From contig CAVVYZ010000020.1 of NCBI GenBank assembly GCA_963752595.1, positions 32,001 through 96,000 on the forward strand: a stretch of DNA of 64,000 nt. Reading direction: 5' to 3'. The stretch's first letter is position 1; every line of letters begins with the position of its first letter. The translations under genes were made by a program, and so were the position numbers. Under the pieces are notes generated by a model, which saw only the letters and a program-made list of their open reading frames with translations, ran no database searches and had not been told where the DNA came from. This DNA is from an uncultured delta proteobacterium (GTDB lineage Bacteria; Desulfobacterota; Desulfomonilia; UBA1062). Of this stretch, positions 41,855 through 52,680 are shown piece by piece.

Positions 41855-42532
41855 ATGATGGAACGAAGTATCTTCAAAAAGACATTTCCCGAAGCGATAC
41901 GGCTTTCCTGGGAAGATGTCGAGGATCTTTTGTGGGAAATCTATGTTTCAATGAGAACTTCCGGGTACAGACCGGATGTCGTGATCGGTGTCGCACGCGG
42001 CGGGCTCGTCCCGGCACGCATCCTCGTTGATTACCTGCAGAACAAGTATATATGCACCTTCCAGATGGGCCATTGGGTAGAGGGGAAAGACTTGAGCGAA
42101 AAGCCCACCATCGTGTTTCCTTTGCCCGAGGTGGATCTCTCGGATAAAAAAATCCTCCTCGTTGATGATGTCAGTGATGAAGGCGGGACCATGGAAGAAG
42201 CGGTGCACTATCTTTCCGAACGAGTCGGCGACGTCAAGACCGCTGTCCTGATCAACAAGGCCGATTCGAAGTTCCGGACGGATTTCTGCCCGAAAATCAT
42301 GAACCGGTGGCGGTGGGTAATATTCCCGTGGTCAAAGCACGAAGACCTCCTTTCGTTTACGGAAAAAGTGCTCCAGCTCACCGGAGGCGTGGCCATCGAG
42401 GACATCATAAGGATTCTTGAAGAATCTTTGTCGGTCGAGATCATGACGCACGAGATCGAGAAGGTGCTCTTCGACATGAGACAGGCAGGAGAGGTAACCG
42501 AGGATAAAGACAGGATATGGAGCTTGATCTAG
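41855..42532 (+). CDS. Type I phosphoribosyltransferase
   Basis: ARGGLVPA, LLVDDVSDEGGT, WVIFPW. Confidence 0.88.
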   Translation: MMERSIFKKTFPEAIRLSWEDVEDLLWEIYVSMRTSGYRPDVVIGVARGGLVPARILVDYLQNKYICTFQMGHWVEGKDLSEKPTIVFPLPEVDLSDKKILLVDDVSDEGGTMEEAVHYLSERVGDVKTAVLINKADSKFRTDFCPKIMNRWRWVIFPWSKHEDLLSFTEKVLQLTGGVAIEDIIRILEESLSVEIMTHEIEKVLFDMRQAGEVTEDKDRIWSLI

Positions 42533-44214
42533 AGAGACTTGAGGATATCCTCTCTCCGTACATTATTTTAAGACATCATAAGGATGTTGTGTACGTGAGC
42601 CATGCCCTTACGGCAAGAACAGGATTTCTCAAAGAAGAGCTCCAGGATTTTATCGATACGAATATATCGATGCTCCACTCGTCCGGCAACAGCCGTCAGT
42701 GCATAACACTGCCGTCAAAAGTCCAAAATGAATTCAGCTGTACCTTTACGAACACGACCCTCAACGAAACGGAAATATTCGCTTTTTCCGAACATATCCC
42801 GATCCATCCGGAATCGGACAGCAAGGCGATCTCCGAGATCCTCGTGCATATGTCGGCATATGCCGTGGGCGGCTGTCTTATCATCGAAAAGGGCCATATC
42901 ATCTATGGGAACAATACATTCCTGAGCCTTTTAGGGTATCCTTTGCCGGAGGTGCTCGGAAGGCAATTCATCGGCATTGTCTCGCAGCAGAGCAGGGAAA
43001 GCTTTATCAGGGCATGCGACAGCGCCCTGAAAAGTCCTGAAAAGATTATCCCCCCGACCGATTTTGCCCTTACCTCGAGCTCGGGGAAACTGGTTTTCGT
43101 ATCCGTGACAGGCGGTCTCGTCAACCGCGACGGAAGGGATTATCTCTGGCTGATGATGAATGATACCACGGAGACCATTACTCTCAAGAAGAAGCTCAAG
43201 GAAGAGGTGCAGAGATTTTCCGATCTCTATGATCTCTCTCCTATAGGTCTGCTCTACGTGAATCCCAGGGGGATCATCCTGAGCTGCAACGAGTTCGTCA
43301 GCAAGCTCATGGGCTATGGGAAGGATGAGATCTTCGGTGCCCATTTCACCAAGTTCGTGGTGCCCCACGAGGAGGAGCGCCTCAAGCGCGAGTTTCTGAA
43401 GCTCTTCTGCGAAGGCAAGGGGATCCACCGGCAGGAATGCCTTTTGCGGACAAAGGACGGCGAGGACATTACCATTGAGTACGATGTCCAGGTCATTACC
43501 CGGAAGCACCGGAATGTCCAGGCGCTGATGGTATTCTCCGACGTTACGGACAAAAAGGGACTCGAGATGGAGCTCCTTGAAAAGAACGCCGAGATGGAGA
43601 AGACCTTGTGGGAAATGGCCGAGGTCAAGGATGCCCTGGAAGCACGTGCAGGGGAGCTCAACAGGGCCACCGAGGAGCTGAAAGTACTGAACGAGAAGCT
43701 CAACCAGCTCTCTATCACCGACGGCCTGACGGAAATCTACAACCACCGCCATTTCCAGGACCGCCTCTCGGAAGAAGTGGAACGCGCCCAGCGGGCTAAA
43801 GGCGGGATCGTATCGCTGCTTATCCTGGATATCGATGATTTCAAGCACTTCAATGATACCTATGGACACCAGTGCGGGGACATGGTCCTGAAACAACTGG
43901 CAGGGATATTAAAGAACAGTGTCCGCACTATCGATATCATTGCCCGCTACGGAGGGGAGGAGTTCGCAGTAATCCTTCCCAGTACGGCTGTTGAAGAATC
44001 CGCACGTGTGGCTGAAAGGATATGCGAATCCATACGGTCGACCCCTTTTTCCTTCGGTGACGGCACGTCGGTCAAGGTCACGGTCAGTATCGGAGTGGGG
44101 AGTCTCACCCATGGACAGGGGGAGAAATCCGAGCTCATCAGGAAAGCCGACAATGCCCTCTATGCCGCAAAGGCCAAGTGGAAAGACAGGGTTGAGGTAT
44201 GGGAAGAGGATTGA
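42517..44214 (+). CDS. PAS-PAS-GGDEF diguanylate cyclase
   Basis: TDGLT, DIDDFK, RYGGEEF, RxxD I-site (RTID). Confidence 0.92.
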   Translation: MELDLERLEDILSPYIILRHHKDVVYVSHALTARTGFLKEELQDFIDTNISMLHSSGNSRQCITLPSKVQNEFSCTFTNTTLNETEIFAFSEHIPIHPESDSKAISEILVHMSAYAVGGCLIIEKGHIIYGNNTFLSLLGYPLPEVLGRQFIGIVSQQSRESFIRACDSALKSPEKIIPPTDFALTSSSGKLVFVSVTGGLVNRDGRDYLWLMMNDTTETITLKKKLKEEVQRFSDLYDLSPIGLLYVNPRGIILSCNEFVSKLMGYGKDEIFGAHFTKFVVPHEEERLKREFLKLFCEGKGIHRQECLLRTKDGEDITIEYDVQVITRKHRNVQALMVFSDVTDKKGLEMELLEKNAEMEKTLWEMAEVKDALEARAGELNRATEELKVLNEKLNQLSITDGLTEIYNHRHFQDRLSEEVERAQRAKGGIVSLLILDIDDFKHFNDTYGHQCGDMVLKQLAGILKNSVRTIDIIARYGGEEFAVILPSTAVEESARVAERICESIRSTPFSFGDGTSVKVTVSIGVGSLTHGQGEKSELIRKADNALYAAKAKWKDRVEVWEED

Positions 44215-44843
44215 GCATATCCTTTGATCTCGATGGAACGCTCACCAGCAACAGTTTCGTAGACAGCGTCTGGCTCGAAGGCCTTCCCGGTCTTGTTGCA
44301 CAGAGACAGAAGATAGATTTTCCAACCGCACAGTGCATGTGCAAAGACGCTTACTCCGGAGTAGGGGACGGGTCACTCCTCTGGTATCGGCTCCCGTACT
44401 GGCTGGAGTATTTCGATCTGAAGGATACGGATCCGAAACGCCTCGTCAGCCAATATGCATCCCGAATCGAGCTGTACGACGACGTGCTTCCTGTCCTGAA
44501 GGGAATGAAGCACGAAGGTTTCGATCTTATCCTGTTCTCGAACGCCGCACGGGACTTCCTCGACCTGGAGGTTTCCTCAGGCGCCTTGGAGCCTTTCTTT
44601 ACCAGGATCATTTCCGTGAGCGACGACTGGGGCATGGTCAAAGCCGAAGCGGCCGCCTATACCAGACTCCGGGAGACCGTCGCCGGAGACCTCGTCCATA
44701 TCGGAGACCACAAGCGCTTCGATTACGAGGTCCCCATGAGCATCGGGATCACTGCCTACCACATCTGCCGCGACAGTGCCCCCGCAACCAACAGCTGCCT
44801 GCACACCCTCCACCAGTTCGCCGAAATATTCCTTCATCAATAG
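44199..44843 (+). CDS. HAD family hydrolase
   Basis: FDLDGTL, SN, K, HIGD...D. Confidence 0.88.
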   Translation: MGRGLSISFDLDGTLTSNSFVDSVWLEGLPGLVAQRQKIDFPTAQCMCKDAYSGVGDGSLLWYRLPYWLEYFDLKDTDPKRLVSQYASRIELYDDVLPVLKGMKHEGFDLILFSNAARDFLDLEVSSGALEPFFTRIISVSDDWGMVKAEAAAYTRLRETVAGDLVHIGDHKRFDYEVPMSIGITAYHICRDSAPATNSCLHTLHQFAEIFLHQ

Positions 44844-44925
44844 TGAGATTGCCTCTCCTTATAAATGGATATGGGAGTAATACGTACGAAGGGGCATGGA
44901 GGTGATCGGGGGAGCGGTGGATAAC

Positions 44926-44960
44926 AAAGGGGCTCTTCCGATCACGGAACAGCCCTTTTT
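44926..44960 (+). terminator. Intrinsic terminator-like hairpin
   Basis: AAAGGGGCT-CTTCCG-ATCA-CGGAAC-AGCCCTTTTT. Confidence 0.55.
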
Positions 44961-44963
44961 GAT

Positions 44964-45585
44964 ACATCTTCAGGTTCGTCTCCGGGCGATCCTTAGAAAC
45001 TCGCTCCGCTGACGCTACGCTCAAACATCCGGGATCAAGCGCCCTCCGTCTTCACCTGGATGTATTCGCAAAAAGAGCTGTAAGGTGCTCTCCAGAGCCC
45101 CTTTGCTATCCAACGCCATGCGAACAGGCTCGTGAAGTCTGCCCCCCTTCGTTCTGGTACTCACCAGCCCATGCTTTTTATCGGTATCCAGGGACACACA
45201 AAGTCTTTCCTGCTCAATCTGAGAGTCATGTGTATTGGGCTCACTCACTGTTTTTAAGCCTCAGATGGGATGACAGGGAATGGTGCCGGCATCAGGTTCC
45301 AGATTTGAGGGTGGGTATCCCCCTCCCATGATCTTAAGCTCCCAACGGAGAAAAAGAAATGAAGGGTTCAGCACCGGACGTGCCTAAGGGGAGCCAGGGG
45401 GTCTGTGGGGACACATTCAGGCGGTTTTTGTCAATGCATCCCGGTGAAGCGCAAAAGGCATCTTGACCCCGGACTGTCTGAGCGGAGCGTATGCGGAGCG
45501 AGTTTCCGGGGGCAGCCTTTTGTGCGAAACGCTGGATGCATCAAAAAGTGCCGCCTTTGTCCCCACAGACCCCCTGGCTCCCCTT
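44964..45585. repeat. Pair of inverted, nested palindromic elements sharing a 31-nt core
   Basis: Cores at 44997-45027 and 45475-45505 (reverse) match 27/31; second element has perfect 28-bp terminal IRs (45386-45413 / 45558-45585). Confidence 0.75.
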
Positions 45586-45734
45586 CTCCTCTGGACCAAT
45601 TCCTTTTAGAACTCTTCATCGAAATATTTATTCACATCACAGGGAAAGATTTTCTCCGTGACCCTGCACTTTTTTCCATGCCGCGGTTCTAGGCCGCCAG
45701 CCATATGTGTGGCAGATCCTTGATAACGAGCCCT

Positions 45735-45750
45735 TGGCACCTCTGTTGCT
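45735..45750 (+). promoter_or_regulatory. Sigma54 -24/-12 promoter
   Basis: TGGCAC-CTCTG-TTGCT upstream of fliK. Confidence 0.8.
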
Positions 45751-45785
45751 CCATAGGAAGCATACTCGATTGGGAGGTAGCAGAT

Positions 45786-47386
45786 ATGCAGTTGCCATTG
45801 ACACAGTTGCTGGATCTTGCATCAGGTGCCGTGGGACTTGTTCAGAAGGCTTTCACGCACGGCAGCCAAAAAGGCGGCAACTTTGATGCAGAGCTTACAT
45901 CGGCGCTGCAAGGCAAAACCGGGCATAAGAATCCCCTTGCCGAGATCCTTTCCAAGAAAGGGGCGCTGGATGATGAAACACTCCAGGGCCTTCTCGGGAC
46001 TTCCGCAGGTATCTTCCTGTTCCAGTTCATGACGTCATTGAAGCAGATGGGCTTGCAGGCATCCGATATCCAGCTCCTGCTGGGTGGGAAGGGAGCACAG
46101 ATGTCTGATGATGCCCTGAAGGCCATCCTTTCAAAAGCCGGAATCGGGCAGAAGGAGCTTGAAGCGATCATGGCGGACTCGAAGGCCGTGGCTGATATCA
46201 AAACTCAATTGTCAGACTCGTTCAAGGCATTCATAGATGCTCAGGCCCAGAAGGACGGGATTGATCCCGATGCACTGCTTCAGCTCACCGTTTTGGATTC
46301 GAAGACCATTGACGAGATTATCCAGCGGCTGGAATCAGGTAATCAGCAACCGCTTTCTGCAGAATCCGGCGCAGCAGGTCAGGCCGGTCAGTCGCATGAG
46401 TCGGGTGAGCAGCAGATGGCCGTTACCCTGGGCCTTATCCAGAGGAATATATCTCATACAACAAATGAGATCAGGGCGATGGTCGCCGCGATCGTGAAAG
46501 ATGTCACCCATACCGATCCTGCTGCAGCGAATGCGGATACAGCAGGGGAGACCAGGAAATCTCATCCAAGGTTAATACGGCAGTGGATACGGCAGAGAAC
46601 ACCTTGGGGATATCCAAAGACGTTCTCAAGGATCTCTTCTTCGAGACAGACCCGGTTTTACGGCAGCAGGCCGTGGCACAGGCGACCGCGCAGGTAAATG
46701 CTTACCTGAAGGCACAGGAAGGGAAACCTCTGGCGCCTGAGGTCGCGAATGCGCTGGCCTTTCTGAAAGCCGGCATGAGCGAGCAGGAGTTCTCCGGAAT
46801 CGACCAGTCCTTGAAGCTGTTTCAGCCAAACCAGGCCATCGTCGATTCCGGTCTCATGGTGGACAAGGAGATGTATACGGCCCTGACGAAGAATCTGGGG
46901 AGCAATGATGCCCCGGCACTGTTCGAGAACCATATGAAGCAGGTCATCGACCAGTTGAGGCAGACGCTGCCGTCCCACATGAAGAACGGCGAAGGCCAGG
47001 TCACCATGCGGCTCCATCCCCCCATGCTCGGGAAGGTTGATGTAAGCATGACCATGCATGACGGCCAGATCCAGGCATCGTTCAAGACTGATCAGGCCGT
47101 GACGCGCGACATCCTGATCCAGAATATGAACATCCTCAAGGATGCCCTGGCGGAGCAGGGAATCAAGGCGACCCAGTTCACGGTCACCATGAACTTTGAC
47201 GGCCGCTCGCCTCGTGATGGATATGCCTATGCATTTGCAGGGCATGACAGGCAGAGCCAGGGCTCGGGACCGAACGGCAGGCAACCGGATGAATCCGGCC
47301 GCACATACCGGGAAAATGACGGCGTTGCATATGCACAGGCAAACTATTCGGGGCTTCTGGATAACGGTCTCGATTTCTTTGCCTGA
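45786..47386 (+). CDS. fliK: Flagellar hook-length control protein; frameshift near 46550
   Basis: C-terminal RLHPPMLGKV...LKDALAEQG; precedes flgD. Confidence 0.8.
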
Positions 47387-47407
47387 TGCCATAAGGAGGG
47401 AGAAGAC

Positions 47408-48076
47408 ATGTCGGCAGTAGGAATGGATGCCATCCTGGCAAACCAGGCAAAGACAGATACGACGGTAAAATCGGACAAGGCGAATACCCTTGGCAAGGAG
47501 GCGTTTTTCAACCTGCTTGTGAAACAGCTCCAGTACCAGGACCCCTTGAACCCGGTGGAGAACACCGAGTTCACCGGCCAGCTTGCCCAGTTCACGTCTC
47601 TGGAGACACTGAGCCGGATCGATACGAATCTGCAGCAGTTCGCCTCTCTGCAGACCTCAACCAACAACATCCAGGCCGTGTCGTTCATCGGCAAGAGTGT
47701 GAATGCACAGGGTAATATTCTGCACTACACAAGCGGGGATGCAACGATCAATTACAAGCTCGATGACAGTGCCGAAGCTGTGGCATTGAAGATCTTTACA
47801 GAAGACGGTTCGCTCGTGCGGACGGTCGACCTGCAGGGTGTCCCGAAAGGGGATGCGCAATACGTCTGGAACGGCCGCGATGATGATGGCCAGGCTGTAG
47901 ACGGCGGCAGGTACCGTTTTACCATTGAGGCGTTCGATTATGAAGGAAAGCGAGTAGGAACGAGCTCATACGTAATGGGAGAGGTCACGGGTGTAAGGTA
48001 TGACAACGGCACGACCTATCTCATCATCGGGGATAAGGAAGTAACAATTTCAGATATCGAAAAGATACAGGGATAA
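47408..48076 (+). CDS. flgD: Flagellar hook capping protein
   Basis: QLQYQDPLNP, QLAQFTSLE, WNGRD. Confidence 0.95.
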   Translation: MSAVGMDAILANQAKTDTTVKSDKANTLGKEAFFNLLVKQLQYQDPLNPVENTEFTGQLAQFTSLETLSRIDTNLQQFASLQTSTNNIQAVSFIGKSVNAQGNILHYTSGDATINYKLDDSAEAVALKIFTEDGSLVRTVDLQGVPKGDAQYVWNGRDDDGQAVDGGRYRFTIEAFDYEGKRVGTSSYVMGEVTGVRYDNGTTYLIIGDKEVTISDIEKIQG

Positions 48077-48089
48077 GAAGGAGGCATAT

Positions 48090-49640
48090 ATGGGTATTTC
48101 CAGTTCACTGTTTTCAGGCATCAGCGGTCTTTCCACCCACGGCAACGCCATGAGCGTCATCGGCGACAACATCGCGAACGTGAACACCATCGGGTTCAAG
48201 GCCAGCAGGACCACGTTCGAAGATGTGCTCTCACAATCCGTATCAACGGCATCAGGCTCGTCCCAGATCGGCCGTGGTACTGCTCTCTCCGATGTAGACA
48301 CCCTGTTCCAGCAGGGTTCGTTCGAATCCACGTCCAATGCGACCGACCTCGCCATCGGCGGAAACGGGTTCTTCATCGTTTCTCCGTTGAACAGCGAGAC
48401 AGACTATTATACACGGGCAGGCCAGTTCCGTTTCGATGCCGACGGGTATTTCGTGAACCCTGCGAACTACGTAGGCCGGGGCTGGGCGCTGGATGCTAAC
48501 GGCAATGACCAGGGAACGCTCACGGATATCAGGCTGAGTGCCTTCACCTCTCCGCCCGAAGCAACCAATGCAATCACCGCCATCACGAACCTCAATACGA
48601 CAGACACTTCTAACGTGGCCAGCCTCTTCAGTACATGGGACGCAACAGCTTTAGAGCCCATCGGCGATACGTCCTACTCGTATCAGACCGCCATCAGGGT
48701 CTATGACTCCCTCGGCAATTCCCACGACGTCACTGTTTTCTATGACAAAATAAGCGATGAGGCAGGATCTGAATACCAGGGCGGGACAGCGGACTATGAT
48801 AACACGTGGGAATATATCGTGACCACCGATCCATCTGCGGATGAGCGGTCCGGATTTGCCGGCACCGCGATGCAGGGTATCCTCATGCGCGGGACTTTAA
48901 GCTTTGATTCCGCAAGCGGCGCCCTGCAGGGCGTGTCCTCCTTTGTCTGTGACCCTGCTGCCAACCCTGCTGTAGCCGCCAACTGGGTTCGGGCGACATC
49001 GTTCTCTCCCGAGGGGTATCCTCAGACTACAATGAACTTCGTACCCGGAGTCCCTCAGGATATCGCCGTGGAGTTCGGCGCGCGCAGCACGACCAGTGCC
49101 TGGACGGCCGACGGTACTCCTGCAAACACCTACTATGCAGCGAATATCGCTCAAATAGGAACAGCGGCAGCGGCAGGGAATTATTTAATCCCAGGTTCCT
49201 CCTGGCAGCCGCAGGCACTGACCTCCACCCAGTATGCATCCTCATCCACCACGGTTTACCAGACCCAGGACGGATACGGCACGGGCTTCCTTGAGAACGT
49301 ATCGGTGGATACCGACGGCGTCATGGTCGGCCATTATTCAAACGGCCAGATCCTTTACCTCTACCGGGTGGGCTTGGCAAAGTTCAACAACGATCAGGCA
49401 CTGAACAAGGTGGGCGGGAACCTCTGGGCTTCAACGCGCGCATCGGGCGACGCCATTACCGGTCATCCGGGTGAAAACGGCCTCGGCAGGATCGCGCCCA
49501 ACTCGCTTGAGCAGTCCAACGTCGATATCGCCTCCGAGTTCGTCAAGATGATCACCACCGAGCGCGGGTTCCAGGCAAATTCGAGGATCATCACCACCAC
49601 GGACTCCATGCTCCAGGAACTCATCAACCTGAAACGGTAA
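48090..49640 (+). CDS. flgE: Flagellar hook protein
   Basis: NIANVNTIGFK, YTRAGQF, YDSLG, LEQSNVD. Confidence 0.95.
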   Translation: MGISSSLFSGISGLSTHGNAMSVIGDNIANVNTIGFKASRTTFEDVLSQSVSTASGSSQIGRGTALSDVDTLFQQGSFESTSNATDLAIGGNGFFIVSPLNSETDYYTRAGQFRFDADGYFVNPANYVGRGWALDANGNDQGTLTDIRLSAFTSPPEATNAITAITNLNTTDTSNVASLFSTWDATALEPIGDTSYSYQTAIRVYDSLGNSHDVTVFYDKISDEAGSEYQGGTADYDNTWEYIVTTDPSADERSGFAGTAMQGILMRGTLSFDSASGALQGVSSFVCDPAANPAVAANWVRATSFSPEGYPQTTMNFVPGVPQDIAVEFGARSTTSAWTADGTPANTYYAANIAQIGTAAAAGNYLIPGSSWQPQALTSTQYASSSTTVYQTQDGYGTGFLENVSVDTDGVMVGHYSNGQILYLYRVGLAKFNNDQALNKVGGNLWASTRASGDAITGHPGENGLGRIAPNSLEQSNVDIASEFVKMITTERGFQANSRIITTTDSMLQELINLKR

Positions 49641-49660
49641 CCGACCTTCCATGCCTTGAA

Positions 49661-49692
49661 AGCACCTGGGTGCCCTCTGGCATCCGGGTGCT
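49661..49692 (+). terminator. Hairpin after flgE
   Basis: AGCACCTGGGTGCC-CTCT-GGCATCCGGGTGCT. Confidence 0.6.
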
Positions 49693-49791
49693 TGTAAGTG
49701 TCAATTTTATGACCTGTCTCTCCGGGTGCCCCTGCACGATCCATCTTCATAAGTTATTAATATCCCACTTGAAATAGTCTTTCAGCCTGAA

Positions 49792-49807
49792 TGGCACACC
49801 CCTTGCT
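49792..49807 (+). promoter_or_regulatory. Sigma54 -24/-12 promoter
   Basis: TGGCAC-ACCCC-TTGCT upstream of motA. Confidence 0.8.
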
Positions 49808-49846
49808 CTCTTCATCAGCAAAGAGAATGTTTGCAAAAGGGGTTGT

Positions 49847-50623
49847 ATGGACATTGCAACGATAATCGGGATCGTGTTTGCGTTCGGCATGGTTCTGATG
49901 GGGATCATGGTCGGGGGGCCTTTGACCCTGTTCTATGACACGCCGAGTTTGTTTATCGTGTTGGGCGGGACCTTCGGAATCATCTTCATCAATTTCCCCC
50001 TCAAAGAGGTATTCGGGCTCGTCGGCGTGGTAAGGAACGTGTTCTTTACCCAGGTCCGGGATGCAAAGGGCCTCATCCCCGCCTTCGTCAATTATGCGAC
50101 CATAGCGAGGAGGGAAGGGATCCTCGCACTGGAGAAGGCAGCAGAAGACCTCCCCGATCCGTTCATGAAAAAAGGCCTGGAGCTGGTTATCGACGGCCTC
50201 GAGCCCCAGTCGATCCGCGATATGCTCGAGACGGAGATCGAGCAGATCGAGCAGAGGCACACCAAAGGCGCGGATATCTTCAATGCTCTGGCTACCTACG
50301 CCCCGGCCATGGGCATGATCGGTACTCTCATCGGTCTGGTCCAGATGCTCCAGTCCATGAACGACCCGTCCACCATCGGACCGGCCATGGCAGTTGCACT
50401 TATCACGACATTCTACGGCTCCATCATCGCCAATATGATGGCCCTGCCCATGGCGGGAAAACTCACCGCCCGCTCCAAGGAAGAATCGCTGGAAAAAGGA
50501 ATGATCATCGAGGGGATCATGTCGATATCGGCAGGCGATAATCCGAAGATCGTAGAGCGGAAGCTCCATTCGTACCTGTCGCCGAACTTGAGGGATGAGT
50601 CCGTCAGCAGGCGGGAGGAGTAA
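49847..50623 (+). CDS. motA: Flagellar stator A subunit (MotA/PomA)
   Basis: ARREGILALE, APAMGMIGTLIGL, AMAVALITTFYG. Confidence 0.95.
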   Translation: MDIATIIGIVFAFGMVLMGIMVGGPLTLFYDTPSLFIVLGGTFGIIFINFPLKEVFGLVGVVRNVFFTQVRDAKGLIPAFVNYATIARREGILALEKAAEDLPDPFMKKGLELVIDGLEPQSIRDMLETEIEQIEQRHTKGADIFNALATYAPAMGMIGTLIGLVQMLQSMNDPSTIGPAMAVALITTFYGSIIANMMALPMAGKLTARSKEESLEKGMIIEGIMSISAGDNPKIVERKLHSYLSPNLRDESVSRREE

Positions 50624-50624
50624 A

Positions 50625-51412
50625 ATGGCTCGGAAGAAAAGGGTCTTAGCAGAACAGAAGAAGGACATGGGGCTTTTCCTCTACACATCGCTCATGCTCA
50701 TCCTTCTGACCTTTTTCATCGTGCTGGCATCCATGAGCATCCGGGATGGACGCAAGCAGCGGCTTGCGCTGGATTCCCTAACAGGAGGTTTCGGCATCCT
50801 TCCCGGAGGCCGCAGCCCGTTCAAGACGGACCGCGGCAGAGATATCCTTCCCCAGAGCGCACCCATGAAAGATCAGTCCACCGATATCAGGCAGATCAGG
50901 GCAGCCCTCTCGCAGGACGGTATAACGAACGAAACAGGCGTTTCCGAAGGAATGCTGGGCGTCACCATCACCCTGAAGTCAAGCCTCCTGTTCAAGGCAG
51001 GCACAGACCGGCTCAGCGAAGAGAGCTACAAGCTCCTCGATTCTCTGGCGCGCTTCATTGCGAAGACCGACAACAATATCATTATTACCGGCCATACCGA
51101 TTCCGTTCCCGTAGAGACACCGCCGTACTACTCCAACTGGGGGCTTTCGGCAGCACGGGCATTGGCGGTGCTCAACCACCTGACAAAGAAGGGGATTCCT
51201 CCGGCGCGGCTGGCTGCCTACGGTATGGGGCCCCAGCGGCCCATTACTTCCAATACCGACGAATATGGAAGGGGCCTCAACAGGAGGGTCGAAATTACGT
51301 TTCTTGGGATATAAAGGGCGTCATCAGTCCCAAGGATGCCGATGATGAGAGCCGGGATCTCAACAGCACGATCTTTGTCAAAGGGTACCGGTTCCACCTG
51401 GAAGAGCAGTGA
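50625..51412 (+). CDS. MotB-like stator subunit lacking the conserved TM Asp; probable frameshift near 51308
   Basis: TM YTSLMLILLTFFIVL; OmpA domain GHTD, NWGLSAARA, NRRVEI; adding one G extends the frame to a TGA overlapping the next ATG. Confidence 0.8.
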
Positions 51413-52122
51413 TGGCAAGAAAAAGGAAGAATATCATAGAGGTTCCAGCGCCAAAGGGCGACCAGTGGATGGTCACGTTTTCGGACATGACTACCCTGCT
51501 CATGACCTTCTTCGTGCTGCTGATCTCCATGTCCTCCCTGGATTCCAAGGCAATCCAGGACATCAGCGGATATTTCAATGATGCCGCAGGCGTTCTGGAA
51601 TTCGGACAGATGCAGGCGGTTCCAAAGACCGCGAGTACTGTTTCCCCGAAGGTATTCGACGATATCGATCACTTGAACAAAAGCCTGGACGAGTCCCTGA
51701 AAACCACGGGGCTCGGCGGCCTGAAAGGCAAAGGCAGGGATTTTATCGAGGTGCGGCAGAGCGAAAGGGGATTGGTCATGGTCATCAACGGCGACATCCT
51801 CTTCGATCAGGGCTCGCCCGAACTGAAAAATGAATCCCTGATGGCCTTGAGTGCCGTGGCACAGACTATTCAGAATCTCGATTCGACCATATCCATTGAA
51901 GGGCATACCGATTCTTTCGGCACTGCGGAAGAACAGTATCGGCTCTCATTGATGCGGGCCGGCAACGTACTCGATTACTTCGTCTATTCGGCGGGATTGA
52001 GCAACACGAAGTTCTGCATCGGAGGATATGGGCAGGCAAGGCCGGTTGCAACCAATGCCACGAGCGATGGCAGGCGGAAGAACAATCGCGTGGAGATCAT
52101 TATCCTGAAAAGCAAGATATAG
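51412..52122 (+). CDS. motB: Flagellar stator B subunit
   Basis: WMVTFSDMTTLLMTFFVLL, EGHTD, NNRVEI. Confidence 0.92.
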   Translation: MARKRKNIIEVPAPKGDQWMVTFSDMTTLLMTFFVLLISMSSLDSKAIQDISGYFNDAAGVLEFGQMQAVPKTASTVSPKVFDDIDHLNKSLDESLKTTGLGGLKGKGRDFIEVRQSERGLVMVINGDILFDQGSPELKNESLMALSAVAQTIQNLDSTISIEGHTDSFGTAEEQYRLSLMRAGNVLDYFVYSAGLSNTKFCIGGYGQARPVATNATSDGRRKNNRVEIIILKSKI

Positions 52123-52131
52123 GAGGATCAT

Positions 52132-52671
52132 ATGCAAGATGAGAGGAATGAGGGGAAAGAAGTCAAAGAGCAGGTGGAAAAGAAGCAGTCGCCTCTGCTC
52201 AAGATAATCGTTATCGTCGTCCTCCTGGGGCTTCTCGGTGGTGGCGGTGCTGCCGGCTACTTCTTTCTCATTGCACCGAAACTGAAATCTTCGGGTGCGG
52301 CTCCGCATGCAGCTCAAGAGGCTTCGCAGGAACAGGGCGAGTCCGGCGAAGCGGGAGAAGGCAATCCCGGGGGCTCCATGAAGCCTCTTGATCCCTTTGT
52401 CGTAAATCTCACGGACGGCCAGGGGACACGCTACCTGAAGGCCGTCGTCCAGCTCGAGATGGATAACGAAGCACTGGCCGGAGAGATCGACAGCAAAATG
52501 CCCCAGATCCGCGATGAGATCATCATGCTCCTTTCCAGCAAGTCCTTTGACGACCTTTCCTCCACTCCGGGAAAGAGGGCGCTCAAGCGGGGAATGGTTG
52601 AAAGCGTGAACAAATACCTCTCCACGGGCAAGGTGGTCAATGTGTTCTTTTCCGATTTTGTGATCCAGTAG
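52132..52671 (+). CDS. fliL: Flagellar basal body protein
   Basis: FVVNL, PQIRD, FSDFVIQ. Confidence 0.92.
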   Translation: MQDERNEGKEVKEQVEKKQSPLLKIIVIVVLLGLLGGGGAAGYFFLIAPKLKSSGAAPHAAQEASQEQGESGEAGEGNPGGSMKPLDPFVVNLTDGQGTRYLKAVVQLEMDNEALAGEIDSKMPQIRDEIIMLLSSKSFDDLSSTPGKRALKRGMVESVNKYLSTGKVVNVFFSDFVIQ

Positions 52672-52680
52672 GGAGATGAC

